The translations under genes were made by a program, and so were the position numbers. A stretch of 64,000 nucleotides of DNA from Saccostrea cucullata (Eukaryota), in contig NW_026925719.1 of NCBI RefSeq assembly GCF_032062105.1, positions 1 through 64,000 of the forward strand, given 5' to 3'. The notes beneath the pieces were generated by a model. It did no database searches, was not told the DNA's origin, and was given only the letters and a program-made list of their open reading frames with translations. Positions 21,234-35,099 of this stretch are shown here, piece by piece. Position 1 is the stretch's first letter, and every line of letters starts with the position of its first letter.

Positions 21234-23798
21234 GCAACAAAGAAATTACAAGTACAATTGAATAAATGGTCCCCGCACCCAAAAATAAGCTGACAAGCCA
21301 ATAAAATACCATTTTACTCCTCAATGAAATTTTTGCAGTATGCACAATGGTGAACTCCAACTGTACTGAACATTTTAGCTTGCTTCAAAAAGATCTGCTA
21401 CTGAAACTGAATGTTTGGCAATTAATATTTAAAAATTTAGAATTTGACTCAGGCATGAAAAAAGAAATTTAAAATCATCTCCATTCCTCAGATTCAGTTA
21501 ATGCTTAACAATAATATTCTGAAGTTAAAATAATGATATACAAAATACATGTACATGTATTTAAATACCGTATCTCTTTTGAGCTCTTCTTGTTTGAGTG
21601 TGTGGATACATGTTTCTGATACCTATCTACAGCCTGATCATCTTGATATTGGGACTTGTTTTGTGACAAATAGAGACAAAATGTGAGGACACATTAATAA
21701 TCAGTCCTAAACTGATGTTCAGAAAAACACTGACATCTGAAAATTGTAGAGATCTGACACATGTGATACAAATGTGAAACACATGTTTTTACAAAAACTT
21801 GTTTTAGAGATGTTTCTTAATTTTAGTCAGAATACAAGAAGCTTAATTATACATATTAATTTTTCCCAATCACACTTTCAATTCTGCTTCATTAAAATTT
21901 GCCACGACAGAAATGTGTTGGTGAATGAGATAATGCTTTCTTCTTTGAGTTTGCCCATTTTTAAATTCTAATTCTTGGAATGGTGGCAAAAGGGACGAAA
22001 ATATCCCTGTATCCATGCAGTGCCATTTCAAATGGGATCTGTTCCCACATTTGTTCACTTTGCAAACTTCAATGTGTGACTCTTGAATTGCCATATACTA
22101 ACAGTAATTTGTACTTATGATTAGAGCTTGTCAGTAATTATTAGTATCCCTATTTCAGTCTTTTTATGCATATTATATTGAGCAAAATTGGTAGACTGAA
22201 CTTTTTCAACAACAGCAAATGAAGGTATACATGTCTTTAAGTATAAGATTTTAGTTGTCTTAGTTGTAAGCAGTATCACTCTTTCGGCTTCTCAGTAAAA
22301 TCTGTCCCGTGGCTTATTTTGTTGCAATGAGTTCATAAAAAATTCAATTCATTCATAAAGGATAGTGAATGATGCTTCCTTAAACAAAGAAAGCTTGACA
22401 AAGTTTCTATAGATTTATGATCTACATGTAGATAATTACTGTCTTCTAACACTATATTTTAAGCTTCAACTATGCCAATAATTTTCAGACGCTAACAAAG
22501 TTTCAACTCAAGTCAATAACAAAATTTCAAAGTCAATAACATATACTGGCTAATGTTATATAAAATAAAAATTTGTCCAGATCTCATCAAAACTATAAAA
22601 AAAAAAAGGCGTAATACAATAAGTTCAATGAATTTCTTCAAAATGATGATTTAAAACGCTGTAAATCATTAATTTTACCTTTCATGCAGTCAGCTATCTC
22701 CCTCATTTTCACAAACAAAACTTAGCAATAAAAATCCAAAACCAAATCATTCTTCCCATACAAACCAATACATCGAATATATTCAACTCTCAATAACCTC
22801 TAACAATAAAAATATAAATCTGGAAAAATAAGACTGAACAGAAAATATTGTATATATACATATACATGAGCCCACTTTCACTGATAACGGAACATAAAAG
22901 TTGTATATTGCATGCCAAAAAGAAAACAGACCAAATTGTACTTAATGGTCTTGATTTCCTAACATAATTCAGTAAAATTACAAAAATGTGCGTTAAAACA
23001 AACAAACACGTTTAAGCTACAAAAGCCTGGTTGGAAAGAGAAAGACCCCAAAAATACATGTTTGACAGATGAGTAAAAATCTACATGTATATCTACAATA
23101 CCTTCTGTTCTGTGGAATGTGAGCACCTGTGTATAGGAAGTGACCTACATTTACACTGACTCGTACCCTGGTACTATATAGATAGAGGCACTTTTTATGT
23201 AAACTATGCTAGAAGAAAAGGAAATCACTAAAAATATTGTATTACAAATATATATGCATATTTTAGTAATTTCCAGTATTTAATAAAATAAGCAACTTTT
23301 TTTTAAAAATCACACAAAGATGTACATTCTCTCATGAATGATACATACATTTATATTTCATATTCATGTGACGGCAAGAAAAATTTGATTAATGATAGAA
23401 TGATACTCGCAGACATGTACGTGCACAAATACTCACTAACCATAAACTTAACAAAATAAATGCATTCCAAATGATTTGTCTCGGCATGCCCTAGTAGATC
23501 TTGCTGATGTTATAAAAAAAACTTGTTTTAAAAAATATTCAGACCTACCTCGCACTTTTGACAATAATCAACCAAAAAAAAAATTAAACAACTTTTGAGA
23601 TATCAAATTCTCCTCATTAAATCAATAACTTACATATTAAATTGGACATAAATAATTATAAAATTTTTAAAAAGTAAATATTCCCTACTTGTTAAATCAT
23701 ACTTAGACCTCCCTAACGCAGTTAGTTTTAATTTTTGTCCCATGTTTCTGTCTGACTAGATGAAGTTAATTTTTATCCCGAGCTAGTACTCTCTGAGA

Positions 23799-26700
23799 TC
23801 AACTGAGTTTTCCAATCTCCAGCTTCCTAAAGACTTCAGCGGCGGTGAATATACAGGAATCAATGATCCCCGCCACTGTGAATGTTCCCCCAACAATGGC
23901 ACAAACCTGTAAACAGAAATTAAGGTAAAAAGCACATGTTTTTTAAAATTCTTCTCTGATTTATAAAAACATGAGTTATCTCAGATGAGATGTTTGATTT
24001 GATACTTTTAACAATAAGGAATCAGTTCAAGTATCCAGTGAGCTGACCTCAGTCTAGATTACTAATATTACTGTAGTACACTAAACCTCTGCTAGGATAA
24101 CTTGTATTATTTACTGTGGTAATGAATGGGTTGTAACCTGAATCTAGCATTACTTACTGTGGTAAGGAATGTGTAGAAAGGTTTTCTCTTCTCCTTGTAT
24201 CTGACTGTAATTGGACTGAGATCGTAGCGGAACCAGATTGCTGGCATCATCCGTCCACCATGGCCATATTGAATAACATCCTAAATAATTGGGAAAATTT
24301 AGAACACAAAAAATTACTATATAATCTTACATATATAAAACACGTTTGATTTCTTTACAGGTCAAAACTTAGCGTGAGAAAGAACAGCAGCATAAAGTAA
24401 CTTCTTGTATATCCCATTTTATCGGTGCCCCCCATCCACCCCCTTCACCCCCATCCCAGGAAGAATAGCAGCATAAAGTAACTTCTTGTATATCCCATCG
24501 GTGCCCCCCATCCACCCCCTTCACCCCCATCCCAGGAAGAATAGCAGCATAAAGTAACTTCTTGTATATCCCATTTTATCGGTGCCCCCCATCCACCCCC
24601 TTCACCCCCATCCCAGGAAGAACAGCAGCATAAAGTACATGTAACTTCTTGTATATCCCATTTTATCGGTGCCCCCCATCCACCCCCTTCACCCCCATCC
24701 CAGAAAGAACAGCAGCGTAAAGTACATGTAACTTCTTGTATATCCCATTTTATTGGTGCCCCCCATCCACCCCCTTCACCCCCATCCCAGAACGAACAGC
24801 AGCATAAAGTACATGTAACTTCTTGTATATCCCATTTTATCGGTGCCCCCCATCCACCCCCTTCACCCCCATCCCAGGCAGAGCAGCAGCATAAAGTACA
24901 TGTAACTTCTTGGCTTGCACATCCTATTTTTCCCCCTAAGAAATGCATATTAAAAATCCACTACAGTACCTAATTTATAGTATGTACACACATGTAGAGT
25001 AATCTGAGATAAACTTACTATACTGGAGTATTATATTACAGATTATATAAAAAGAAGTCATTTCCCACCCGAGTATGTGTAAAGGTAATAGAAAACAAAC
25101 CTATTTCAACAAGGTATGAGTACAGTTAATACAAAACAGACCTGTATCTCAAACGAGTATATCTGTACAGGTTAAATAAAACAGACCTGTGTATATGAAT
25201 GTTGGTTATCTGATAGAATTTTTTTCCCCAAAGGAGTTTACTATATGTATGTCATCTTTAACAGACTTAAATCACAGAAATATCTGTGTATAGGTTTTCT
25301 AAAACAGACTTATCATACAGAGGAATATGTGTACCATTTGAAACAGAGGAGTAAGTATACAGGCACCCTAAAACCAAGAGAAACCAGTCAAAAAAATGTA
25401 ATGAATTAATTTACCTAAATGAGTCTGTGCATTAAACTTACCCTGTAATAGTAAATGTATCAGACTTTCCCACAAGAGTACAATTACTGCACTAACCCTG
25501 TAAGAATATGTGTTATGGACTATTTCTAAAAGATCATATGTATTGAATCTCCTCTTTCAATGTTACGATATTTGCACTAGACAAGTCCTCCAAGAGAATG
25601 TGTATACAAAATTGGACTTGCCCTGTAGGAGTATGTCACTTGTATCTACATTTGCACTCATCCTGTAGCAGTAGGTGAATTAGCATTCACAGCTGGACTT
25701 ACCCTATTGGAATATGAAAACTAGTATCTCCATTTGCACTTACCCTATAAGAGTATGTATACTGATATGGATATCGTAGGTTTCCTCTGGAATCTTCATA
25801 CACTGATGGGACGATTTTCACAATGTAATCATGTGTAGCTATTGCTGTAATAAAGTGCAATGTTAAATGTAGTTTCATACAATATATCCAATACTCTTTT
25901 AAAATAGAAATAAATGAGAAAATCTTCCCCTCTTTTCAAACAATCACTACACACACATTTCTTTCATTCAGACAGGTATTTTAAATCATTTTCATGACCT
26001 TTCTTCTAACCTTGTGCTTTGGTCTTATCCAGGCCTTCCATTGGGTTGAAGGACCCAGAAACATCCTGTAACATAAAATAAATAAACATCAAAGACATAT
26101 TCTGCATGTGCATGGTAGGCTTAGAGTTTTATTCAATCAGTCTGATAATAAATTAATGATTTGTTCCTCGTAAAACACATGAATCCCCATAAAACATTGT
26201 TATATTCTATCATCTATGTAACCTATCCTTCAACAGACTAGCCAATAAACCCTTCAATTCATATCTTCCCGACCCTACCTTTCCTTCCTGTAGATCCATT
26301 CCAAACCGGACTTTGTGGATGAGGTGAGTCATGTCCGGATTATCCGGCTGCTGTTCCGCGGAGTGAGTAGAGACGTGGAAGTTACCAGGCACCTGTTCAT
26401 GGACAAAAACGCAAATTTCTGTCAAATATTTCTTCTCAACAACAAAGCTATCTTCTTACAAAGCAATTTTCTCTTTATTATTTAAGACAGGGTATATTGA
26501 TACTCTTTAATTTATAACAGTAATTTCAGGAAAATTCATAACTTTATACTTTTTAGGGGGAACATTGCTGAGACATTGAAGTTAAACATGAACTGGCAGT
26601 TCATAGCGACAAAAAATTGGCGGCGTAAATCGAAGGTTTTTACAATGCTTGGACCTGTAGCTCTCTGCTTTATCTGTCCAAATTTTCTCAAGCAGAGAGC

Positions 26701-29700
26701 TACAGATCTGCAGCTAGCTTTTATAAAGATGATTCATCTGTCTAATTTAATTACTTTGTTGATGAGGAAGTGGGATTCCATGCGGCACCCTGTTCCCCCA
26801 TTGACATCAAACTTTTGAGTATTGTCTTGAAAACCCACTTCATGTCTTCCCATATCATCCTGTATGTCAAGTCCTAGATCTGAAATCAGAAATCATTTCC
26901 TATAGTCCACAATGTCCATCTGGTTAAGTTAGACATGATGTAGTTAAAAGTTTGATCTCAAAATCAGTAGTAAAAGTACTTCATCATTATTCTTAAATTA
27001 AAACATATCAATTTCATAACTTTTTATGCAATATTAATAAAGTGGTGTTGGACTTACATTTACAGTTTAACTTGGGTAAAGTGAGGTTGATGAAGACAGG
27101 AATTTTCTCTGAATGTTTGACAGGATCCTCCACTGTCAATTCACTGACTCTGAAATGAATATTTATTACACTGTATAAGCTGATTTAAATGCTTGAGCAA
27201 GTTTAGCAAGGAGGTGAGGGAAATCAGGTGGTCAGTCAGTACACCAAAATTAACAGTAGGATAACACAATTCAGGACTTACACATCATGGGAGATGAAAA
27301 GCGAGAGCTCGGAGAAAAAGAGAAACAGAATAAACAGAACACTGCAGATAGAGATACAGGCACCAGTTAATGTGGGCTGGGTCAGATCCTTAGGAACCTT
27401 CCTGTAAACATCAAATCTGAAATACGAAAAAAAGAAATAAATCAACAACTTAAACGAATCACACAAATATGCTATGTATTAAGGATTTCAAAGCAATGAA
27501 CTTTAATGGATAATCGATGTAACATATCAGGGGATATTGGAGAAAGTTTATTACAACAGAAAAATTACACTAAAATAGATAGAATATTGTAATTTGTACA
27601 GACACTATGACCAACCTAAAGCAATATCTCTTTTTTAATGATCAATCAAACATTAATTCAGTTTTTTTTGTTTTGTTGGGGGCAGAAATGAATAATGGAA
27701 AAAAAGTGAAGCACCGCTCATCAATGCAAGCTTTAATGACTACCCCTGGGCAAAGAGAAAAGAAAATTTGGGAATAATGGGATTAATGCACATTCACACA
27801 ATAGGACCACAATTTTTTTTCAAAATACAGAGAAATCATGGATAAAGTTTTATGTAACTACTGGAAAATTTAAACCCGGATAATATTTTTTCTGTTATTC
27901 GGTAATTATTTCAGTAATCTAGAGTGCCGCAAATCATGTTCTGACTGAACAAGTTCAACCTATAATTTATTTTCCAGTGTTAGATGTTCATTTAATATTA
28001 TATAAAGAACATAATTCACTAAATGCCGTTTCGATATTAAAAGGTGGCGAAGTTTATGTTTTTCATCCAACAAATGAAATGGAGAACAGAGATTGGGTTG
28101 CAGATGGACATAGGTATATTTCAAAGATTTATAATTGATAAATATATAGCTGTAAAACAACTGTTCTTATATTTCTTATTCTATCGATTTTCTCTTCTTT
28201 CTATCTCACTTCTTTCTTTCCTTTCTTGAAAGCTTTTCATGTGAAGGAACCCGGAAAGTGAAAGGGAACTACGGAAATCGAAAAGTATTATTACTATTTG
28301 CATATTGCTCGGAGTGTAGAACGCATTGACAAAAGGTTTAGGAAAGAAGGTATGTTATCTTCGAACTTTAAAAACATTGCCGTGATACACTATCTTGGAG
28401 ATGCATCTTTCTCAAAACCAAAGGCGCAAGAAATAGTACAAAACAAACAAAAATTTCCAAATTTTTGATCAAAAAAATTCAAGAAAATGTAAAGACCAGT
28501 GACAAAAGCGCTCACAAAATTTATAAAGAATCAGTTGTCACGGATGAAAAGCGGAAATCAGGTTACTTTTTTGAAATGTTCGGCAAATTTTTACATAAAA
28601 GAAAAAGTCAAATTTTTTGATGAAAGGCCAACAAAAGATGCCTAAAAACAATTCCCCCATTGCCGGCTTTCAGCCTTGTGTCTATGCTGAAAATAATTCG
28701 TCCAGTTGTTGACAATTTTTTTCAAATTGTAAATACACACCTTAAAACTGGTGGTCAACATTGGATAATGTTTACAACTATGAATGTAAAATTTCTTTTG
28801 GCAGTAAATTTATAATAGCGCAATGTCAAACTCAATTTCATCAGCCGTTAAAATGAGCATTTAATATAATGCATTCTCCAGAGGAAAACATTACAGTACA
28901 CTTTATGAATTCTGATGTCCAGAAAAATGGCAACGACTGTGGACTGTATGCCATTGCAAATGCAGTAGAGATATGTTTCAGTGGACTTCCAGAGAATACT
29001 CATTTCCACACTGAAGCAATGAGGCCCCATTTAATGAAATGTATCATCTCCGTGTAAACGCCAACAGTCAATAGAGTTTACATTTGATATGAAGTTGCTC
29101 TGCACGTGCAGAATGCCTGTTTGAAATGGATTCATGTTTAATTGCACAAAAAGTGTCGCCAGTGGTTTACCTTATGTCAAAAACAATACATGAAAAACAA
29201 ATTGAAAGTCTAAAACCATTTTTATTGTAGAGCAACAGTTTATCATATAAATCTGTGTTATTTAATATTGTAACATTTTCTCCAGATAAATAAATTCCGT
29301 GAATATTAATTCAATTTTTATTTAAATCTCAGGATTTTTTTAATGTACAGTGAGGTTGCCATGTATTAAACTTATGTAAATTTGTATATTTCTCTCCCTG
29401 AGTTTGATTTAAATTCATTTTACAACATTGTTTGGTGGTACTATGTTTTACTTATAACATCATATATTTTCCCCAATAACCACTGATCAAATAAAAAATT
29501 ATCGCCGTACTTATATTAATGATTTTTTCTCCATTACCGGATCATTTTCTCCATTACCGAATCACGTGACATAAAGCTGATTATTCTGGTTCAGGACGGG
29601 TAAATTTAAAAATACCCTTCTTACGTAACGTTTTACTATGCCTTAAAATATTTCAAACCCTAACCACCCACCCCAAAAAAGTAGAAAAGTTAGGAATCTT

Positions 29701-31801
29701 TTGAGTTGTTTGCATCCGACAATTAATGTAAAAACAACAACATTGAAATCATAGCGAAAACAAATGACTAGTTCATATAAGAGGACGTAAAATCTTATAT
29801 GTGATGAACTGCAAACAACCAAAGAATTATTTTCTTATTCAAAAATTGTACTCATTGAGCTATCACACCCCCTCCTCATAATTTTGTCGCTATTGAGATA
29901 GAAAATAATAACGCTTATTAATTGTGCCCCCCTCAAAAAAAAAAAAACAAAAAAAAAAACCCGCCAGATGACCTTTTTATGCTTGATTAATTATTTGTCA
30001 GGGAAATTTGGTGGTAAATAGTGCCTCCTCAACTGCATATGCATGGCTCTGCACCCCTCCCCTACCAACTGAAATTGCTTCATATGAGCCTGTCCTCAGA
30101 GATGTACGTAAAGGCTTATATAACAATTATATTTTTCTAAAATAGTCGATCCAACACCTAAATTTCCTCCGATAGCAGAGACAACTTTACAAATAATGAT
30201 GTTATATTTTGGAAAAATCCACAGTAGACTTAATATCAATATTCCGATTTTTGGAGGTTGTCCTTTCACTTTACAAAAAAACGTGCCCATCGTCTCTATA
30301 GAAATGAATAAGACAGCTCATTCTCCTCTAGTTGCTTTCATAGTGCTCTTTCTCCCTTTCACGTGAAGACATTCCATATAGGCAAAAGGCTGCAGTCTGC
30401 ATATCATTTTCTCAATGTGTCATTTAAATCAAATGTTTACTAACCAGTATATGTTGATAAGGGGGGGGGGGTATCATAATATTCTGTTTATAATTTATAT
30501 AGCTTGATGTTGAATTGAAAAAGTATTGTTAGCAATATGCATTTTATATTATACGAGCTTGATTTTGATCATGACAAGAAATAAAAATTAATTATTGGAA
30601 ATAATTTTTTAGGGAATAGGAAAAGAAAAACTGCATGCGGGGTATTGTTGGAAATAATGACTTAGTAGGGAAGTTTAAATTGCAAAGGGATAAATAAATA
30701 AAATTTTAACTTAAAGTAATCAAGACGATTTTTATTTGCTATTAATGTCCACAATAGCTTACGACAGGTATATAGCCTATATATACATTCTGATATAAGC
30801 TCTGCACTTCTAAACATATCGATTTTAACTGCTGATTTTGTTTATGTGTATTTTAACCACCTTTTTTGTACGCTTTTGGTGGACATCTTCTGTTGTTGTA
30901 TTTTATCGTAACTTGTGTGCAAAAAAAAAACGCATACGAAAAATATAATTTGAACAAGATTCCTGCATCTCATATTTCTTGAAACAGCGATTCGTTATTG
31001 GAAACGCCAAATTCACAAAAAGAGAATACTATTAATTTCTGATTTAGAAATTGTACGCTTTCAGAGTTAGACACATAATTTTACAAACATCTGCACCAAA
31101 TTTGTTTAAGAAACGATTCAATTGGAGCGGTATGAAAATTTCTGCATGCATGTACGCTTTATCAGCGTCACAAAAAAGCTTGTTCATGTTTATTTAAAAA
31201 TTAGGACATCAAACGAGTTGAATTTAATAATTTTATGATAAATGATAAAAGCAAGAATAATTCAGCATGACAGGGTAGGTTAAGCTTAGTATTGGACTTT
31301 GATGAGAAAAATACAGAATTTTCATCTTAAAGTGATTAGTTTACAAACCGGGTTAATTCGTTAACGCAACCTCTTATAAATATAGATTTCACAATTTGTG
31401 CAAAAAACAACTCCTGATTTGTACTATTTTCTATATTTCAGTGCATCCGTGATTCCGTGACCTGTCCGTGTTTTGTAAACGGCGACACAATAGGCCTATT
31501 TTTTTTTTTCTGCAGTAACTCTGGACCTATGATCCTTCGCAAATTGAATCTCGCCGCAAATCATGTTCTGACTGAACAGGTCAATTTATTTTCCAGTTAA
31601 TCTCTTTTCAGAATGCTTCACAAACAGACTTTTTCTAACTTTGATTTCAAGATAAACAAGTTCATAGTCGACCTGTCAAACCAATCCATCAAATTGGCGA
31701 TCTACCTCAGTTTTTGCATAGCAATATGCAATATTTTCACATTTAAAATGATAGAATATAAATAAATATGTGTTAAATTACCTTCTTATGTCGAACTGCA
31801 T
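23799..31801 (-). CDS. ERGIC1: ER-Golgi intermediate compartment protein 1 (290 aa, 9 coding exons)
   Basis: Exons 31801-31782, 27416-27282, 27149-27058, 26879-26755, 26392-26279, 26065-26011, 25844-25744, 24280-24158, 23906-23799. All are GT-AG and phase-consistent, totalling 873 nt. The protein reads MQFDIRRFDVYRKVPKDLTQPT...GLDIQDDMGRHEVG...VPGNFHVSTH...IWFRYDLSPITV...CAIVGGTFTVAGIIDS...IGKLS*. Confidence 0.96.
24378..24910. repeat. Intronic minisatellite, about 6 units of 81/87 bp, G-rich on the ERGIC1 sense strand
   Basis: Unit ...GCAGCATAAAGTA(CATGTA)ACTTCTTGTATATCCCATTTTATCGGTGCCCCCCATCCACCCCCTTCACCCCCATCCCAGG... Confidence 0.95.
25010..25743. repeat. Degenerate intronic repeat derived from the ERGIC1 exon 7 3' end and splice donor
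   Basis: About 10 variants of ACTTACCCTATAAGAGTATGT, e.g. ~25696, ~25615, ~25490, ~25435, ~25012. Confidence 0.7.
28040..29230 (+). mobile_element. Decayed DNA-transposon coding relic with Ulp1-like cysteine protease and PHD-finger remnants, in ERGIC1 intron 1
   Basis: GGQHWI (His motif, ~28750), VQKNGNDCGLYAIANA (catalytic Gln/Cys motif) and CTCRMP...C..C..WF (PHD), with many frameshifts and stops. Confidence 0.7.
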
Positions 31802-32200
31802 CTTGCTAAAATTTCTACAACATAAGATCAACAGCTGCCTTGGGATATGCCAACGTGAAAGGTTTACAACGGAACCGGAAACGCATCAAGTCAATGTAAT
31901 ACGGAAATCGATAACGCTTGACTTAATAAACTCCGAGTGTAGAACGCATGGGGGGGGGGGGGTTACTTCTTCGAGTATAATTTGTCCGCCTCCCCCTTGT
32001 TGTCGGTGCTTAGTGCTAGGTTAAGTAATGGTAAATTCAAGATTTTTTTTCAAAGCGTACGTATCAGAAAGTGAGAAATTTTTTTAAGCTTGGCTATCAC
32101 CTCGGAGAAAATAACACGGTAAGGTATAGATAGAATGTTCTATCGTTAAAATAATGTTGCTCTTAAACACATGATTATCTAACAGGTAAGGTATAAAACA
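31802..32200. promoter_or_regulatory. ERGIC1 promoter; candidate bidirectional promoter with a + strand non-coding exon
   Basis: ETS-like CCGGAA/CGGAAA at ~31875 and ~31902, DRE-like ATCGATA at ~31907, local CpG enrichment, and + strand donors ACG|GTAAGG (32118/9) and CAG|GTAAGG (32185/6). Confidence 0.45.
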
Positions 32201-32759
32201 AAACAGGTTACTTTTTTGTTGCTGTTTAAATTTTTTTTGTAAGGTTGTGCCACTTTTTTTTAAACAGCTGCTATAAACCTTCCACCTGTCCTCTATCTAT
32301 TAAATAATATCGGGAATCTGAAGTGGAAAAGAAACCTTAAAACAAAAACTGCAGAAAGTGCGGACACCCCGCCCCTTCTTTTGGCAGTGAATAAAATAAT
32401 AAAGAATTCCAAAACTAACCATCAATAAAATCCATTTTTATTTATCGTAAAATAAAATTGATATTATTTATCTTTATCATTATCAACATGTGGGGTCTTT
32501 TCCACAAGTACCTGAAATGTGCTCAGAATGCATATTTTCAATTCAATTCAATTCTTTATTGGCACTAAAGCACATATTTATATACAGGAATGTGTTGTTA
32601 GCCATATACATGTATTGCAAAATATTATACTATTGTAAGCTTTTTCTAACATCAAAACAGTCTCTTATATATAGACAGATTTGTTTCGTAGATACAAAGT
32701 TATGTGGATTAAGCAAACAAGAAAAGTTATTAACATCTAGTATTTAAATACCGAATACA

Positions 32760-33650
32760 GAATTAGGACTATTCTCCCAAAAAAAATGGGGATGAGGAGT
32801 CCTCCTCTCGCACTAGCGACCTGTTTGAAAAGGCGTTATAGCCAAAAATGGAAGGATGTTACCTTATGTTAATCAATACATGTAAACGAAAAATTGAAAA
32901 GCCATTTTTATTTATGCAAAATAAAAAAGTGTTTTCTATTTTCCTGCACGTTTGCATGAGTAATATTAGAGAATTCAACACTCGTGGAAAATCCAGAATA
33001 TCGGCAAATCCAGCTTGGGGCTTATGTTGGCCATGTATTAAACATTCATGTGAAATTTGAAAGTATATTTCGCTTCTCTGGAAAAAAGCAGACAAACTAT
33101 TTGCATGGGTGTGCTGAGGAATTAGCCTTCAACTAAATGTGCGAAATCCGTGACCCTTGGTAGAGGTATTTGGCATCAGAAAATGACTAAGTTAGTTTAA
33201 CATTGAAAATATATTACGCATTTGAAAATCTTTTTTTTTCCAGGAAATCTAATCACATTTTGTTTGAATTATTTTATGAGAAATAAGCCCTACATTAAAT
33301 TGTGAAATTCCTGTCCCGAGGGTAAGATTTCAGCCCCCGGGGTGGGCTTTAAGTTAGTCGTGTATTGAAATAAAGCGTATTATAAATGACACATTTTTTA
33401 GAAGGCGAATAATAACGCCTTTTGGAAAGGAGTATTGGAAAGGCGTAATAACGCCTTTTTGAGAGGTCTAATAGGCCTAACACCTTTTGGAAAGAGAAAT
33501 GTGTAATATAACGCCTTTGAAAAGGCGTAATTTAATGCCTGTTTTCGCGTTATTATATATACGCCTTTAGTTTTGGAAAGGCGTTATATAACGTATTTTC
33601 TTTTCTTTTTTTCTCCATAGATCGATCCAAATAGGCTTTCGTACGATACC
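32760..33650. mobile_element. Composite TE relic: AGGCGTTATA/TAACGCCT subterminal-type repeats with an old HINE fragment inside
   Basis: Multiple AAGGCGT(T/A)ATA motifs in both orientations at 33400-33600 and 32829. The stretch 33100-33370 resembles the 168-bp HINE unit. Confidence 0.45.
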
Positions 33651-35099
33651 CTTGTAAGTCGATTTACATTTTTAAAATCTAGAAACTCCAGATCATCTTC
33701 CATTTTTGTTAAAGAATTTCAGCGAAAAAAACGTATCCGGGAATTTTTCTTATGAAAAACCCCAAAGCATTTTTTTCCCCGATTTCATAATGTCAACATA
33801 CTGAAAGTGGACTAATTTACCTTTTCTCTCATATACCCCTTTTAAATAAGATGGCGTGGCGTTTCCCAATACCTGTTATAATACCTGTTATGATCGCGTG
33901 TTGCAATCCAACACAGCAGTTTTATCGATAAATCAATTAAGCAAAATTAGCCCTCGTGTAAAGACAAAGAGATTTTATAAAACACTCTGGGGAAGATGCT
34001 TTAACTCAAAGGTACTGCTTAATGTCCAGTGTTAAAGAAGAAGTCTCTCATCAGTGTATATACACTGATATAAGCAGGGTGTATCTAAACATATCGATTT
34101 TGAGTTGGATGTTGTTAGGAAATCTACCCCGATCCTTGTCTTTTCTATCTGGAAACATGAAATGGATTTTGATTCCGACACCTACCTGGATAACATAGGC
34201 GGTGAGCATTTTTCGTATATTTCAATGTAACTGAGGAGGGTGTGTATTAGACTTGTAATTCCATGGGAATAGTAAACAGCTAATCGACTATATAATTATG
34301 CAGTGATTGGAAGGTTTAACGTTCTTTTATTACATAAGGGTTCTAAATCATGATTCTATTAAAAAGATAGTTATACCGCTCCAAACAGATGCCGTAATAT
34401 CGCCGAGAATTTTTTGTGCGCATGTTTTAAATAATGTTTTTTGGAGGGGGGGGGATAAATAATTCTTATAAAGACAGAATGGTAATCTTAAAAAACACAA
34501 TATTAATTTGCTCTTAAATATGTATATGACAATAAACATAAAAAAGTTAGTCGCGTTTACTTTTTATTCCCGAGTGACCCGCGTGTTCGAAGTGCTGTTA
34601 AGGTGTAATTAAACTTGGTATGCAGGAGAAAAAGTACATTCTGACAGTTCCTGCGTGAAAGTACAATAAATGAGACAACGGAAATTAGACTGGAGACAAA
34701 TTAAATGAGTTCTAGTGTTAAGATGCCGATATTTACCGATATTATCCACTATTAAACACCCAGAAACTGTTCTGGCGTGTGTTAATAACTTAAATAATGA
34801 TAACCTGGCAGTGCTCACGTCACCGGAGATCAGACCGATCTTATCGAAACTCTGCTGTAAACTTTAATATCAAATGGTGCACAACCGAGGCAGTAACGGA
34901 ATCAGTTCTTTATTGTAAGATCAGGGGCCGGTAATTGTAATAAAGGACTCGTAAATCGAGGCTCAGTCAAGACAATAGAATTCTTATGTTTGTCATTCCC
35001 CATACACCCTGGAATCGACAAGAAAATATATGTAAAAGTATGTAGGGAAATGCAGATATAGTTATCAAGTTGGAGTAATTATGTTTAGTGTTACTTAAC

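Noticed and set aside
24445-24948. 167-aa Cys/Gly/Trp-rich repeat ORF
   Set aside because: Translation of the 81/87-bp intronic minisatellite. The ERGIC1 exons on either side join in frame without it and give the expected 290-aa length.
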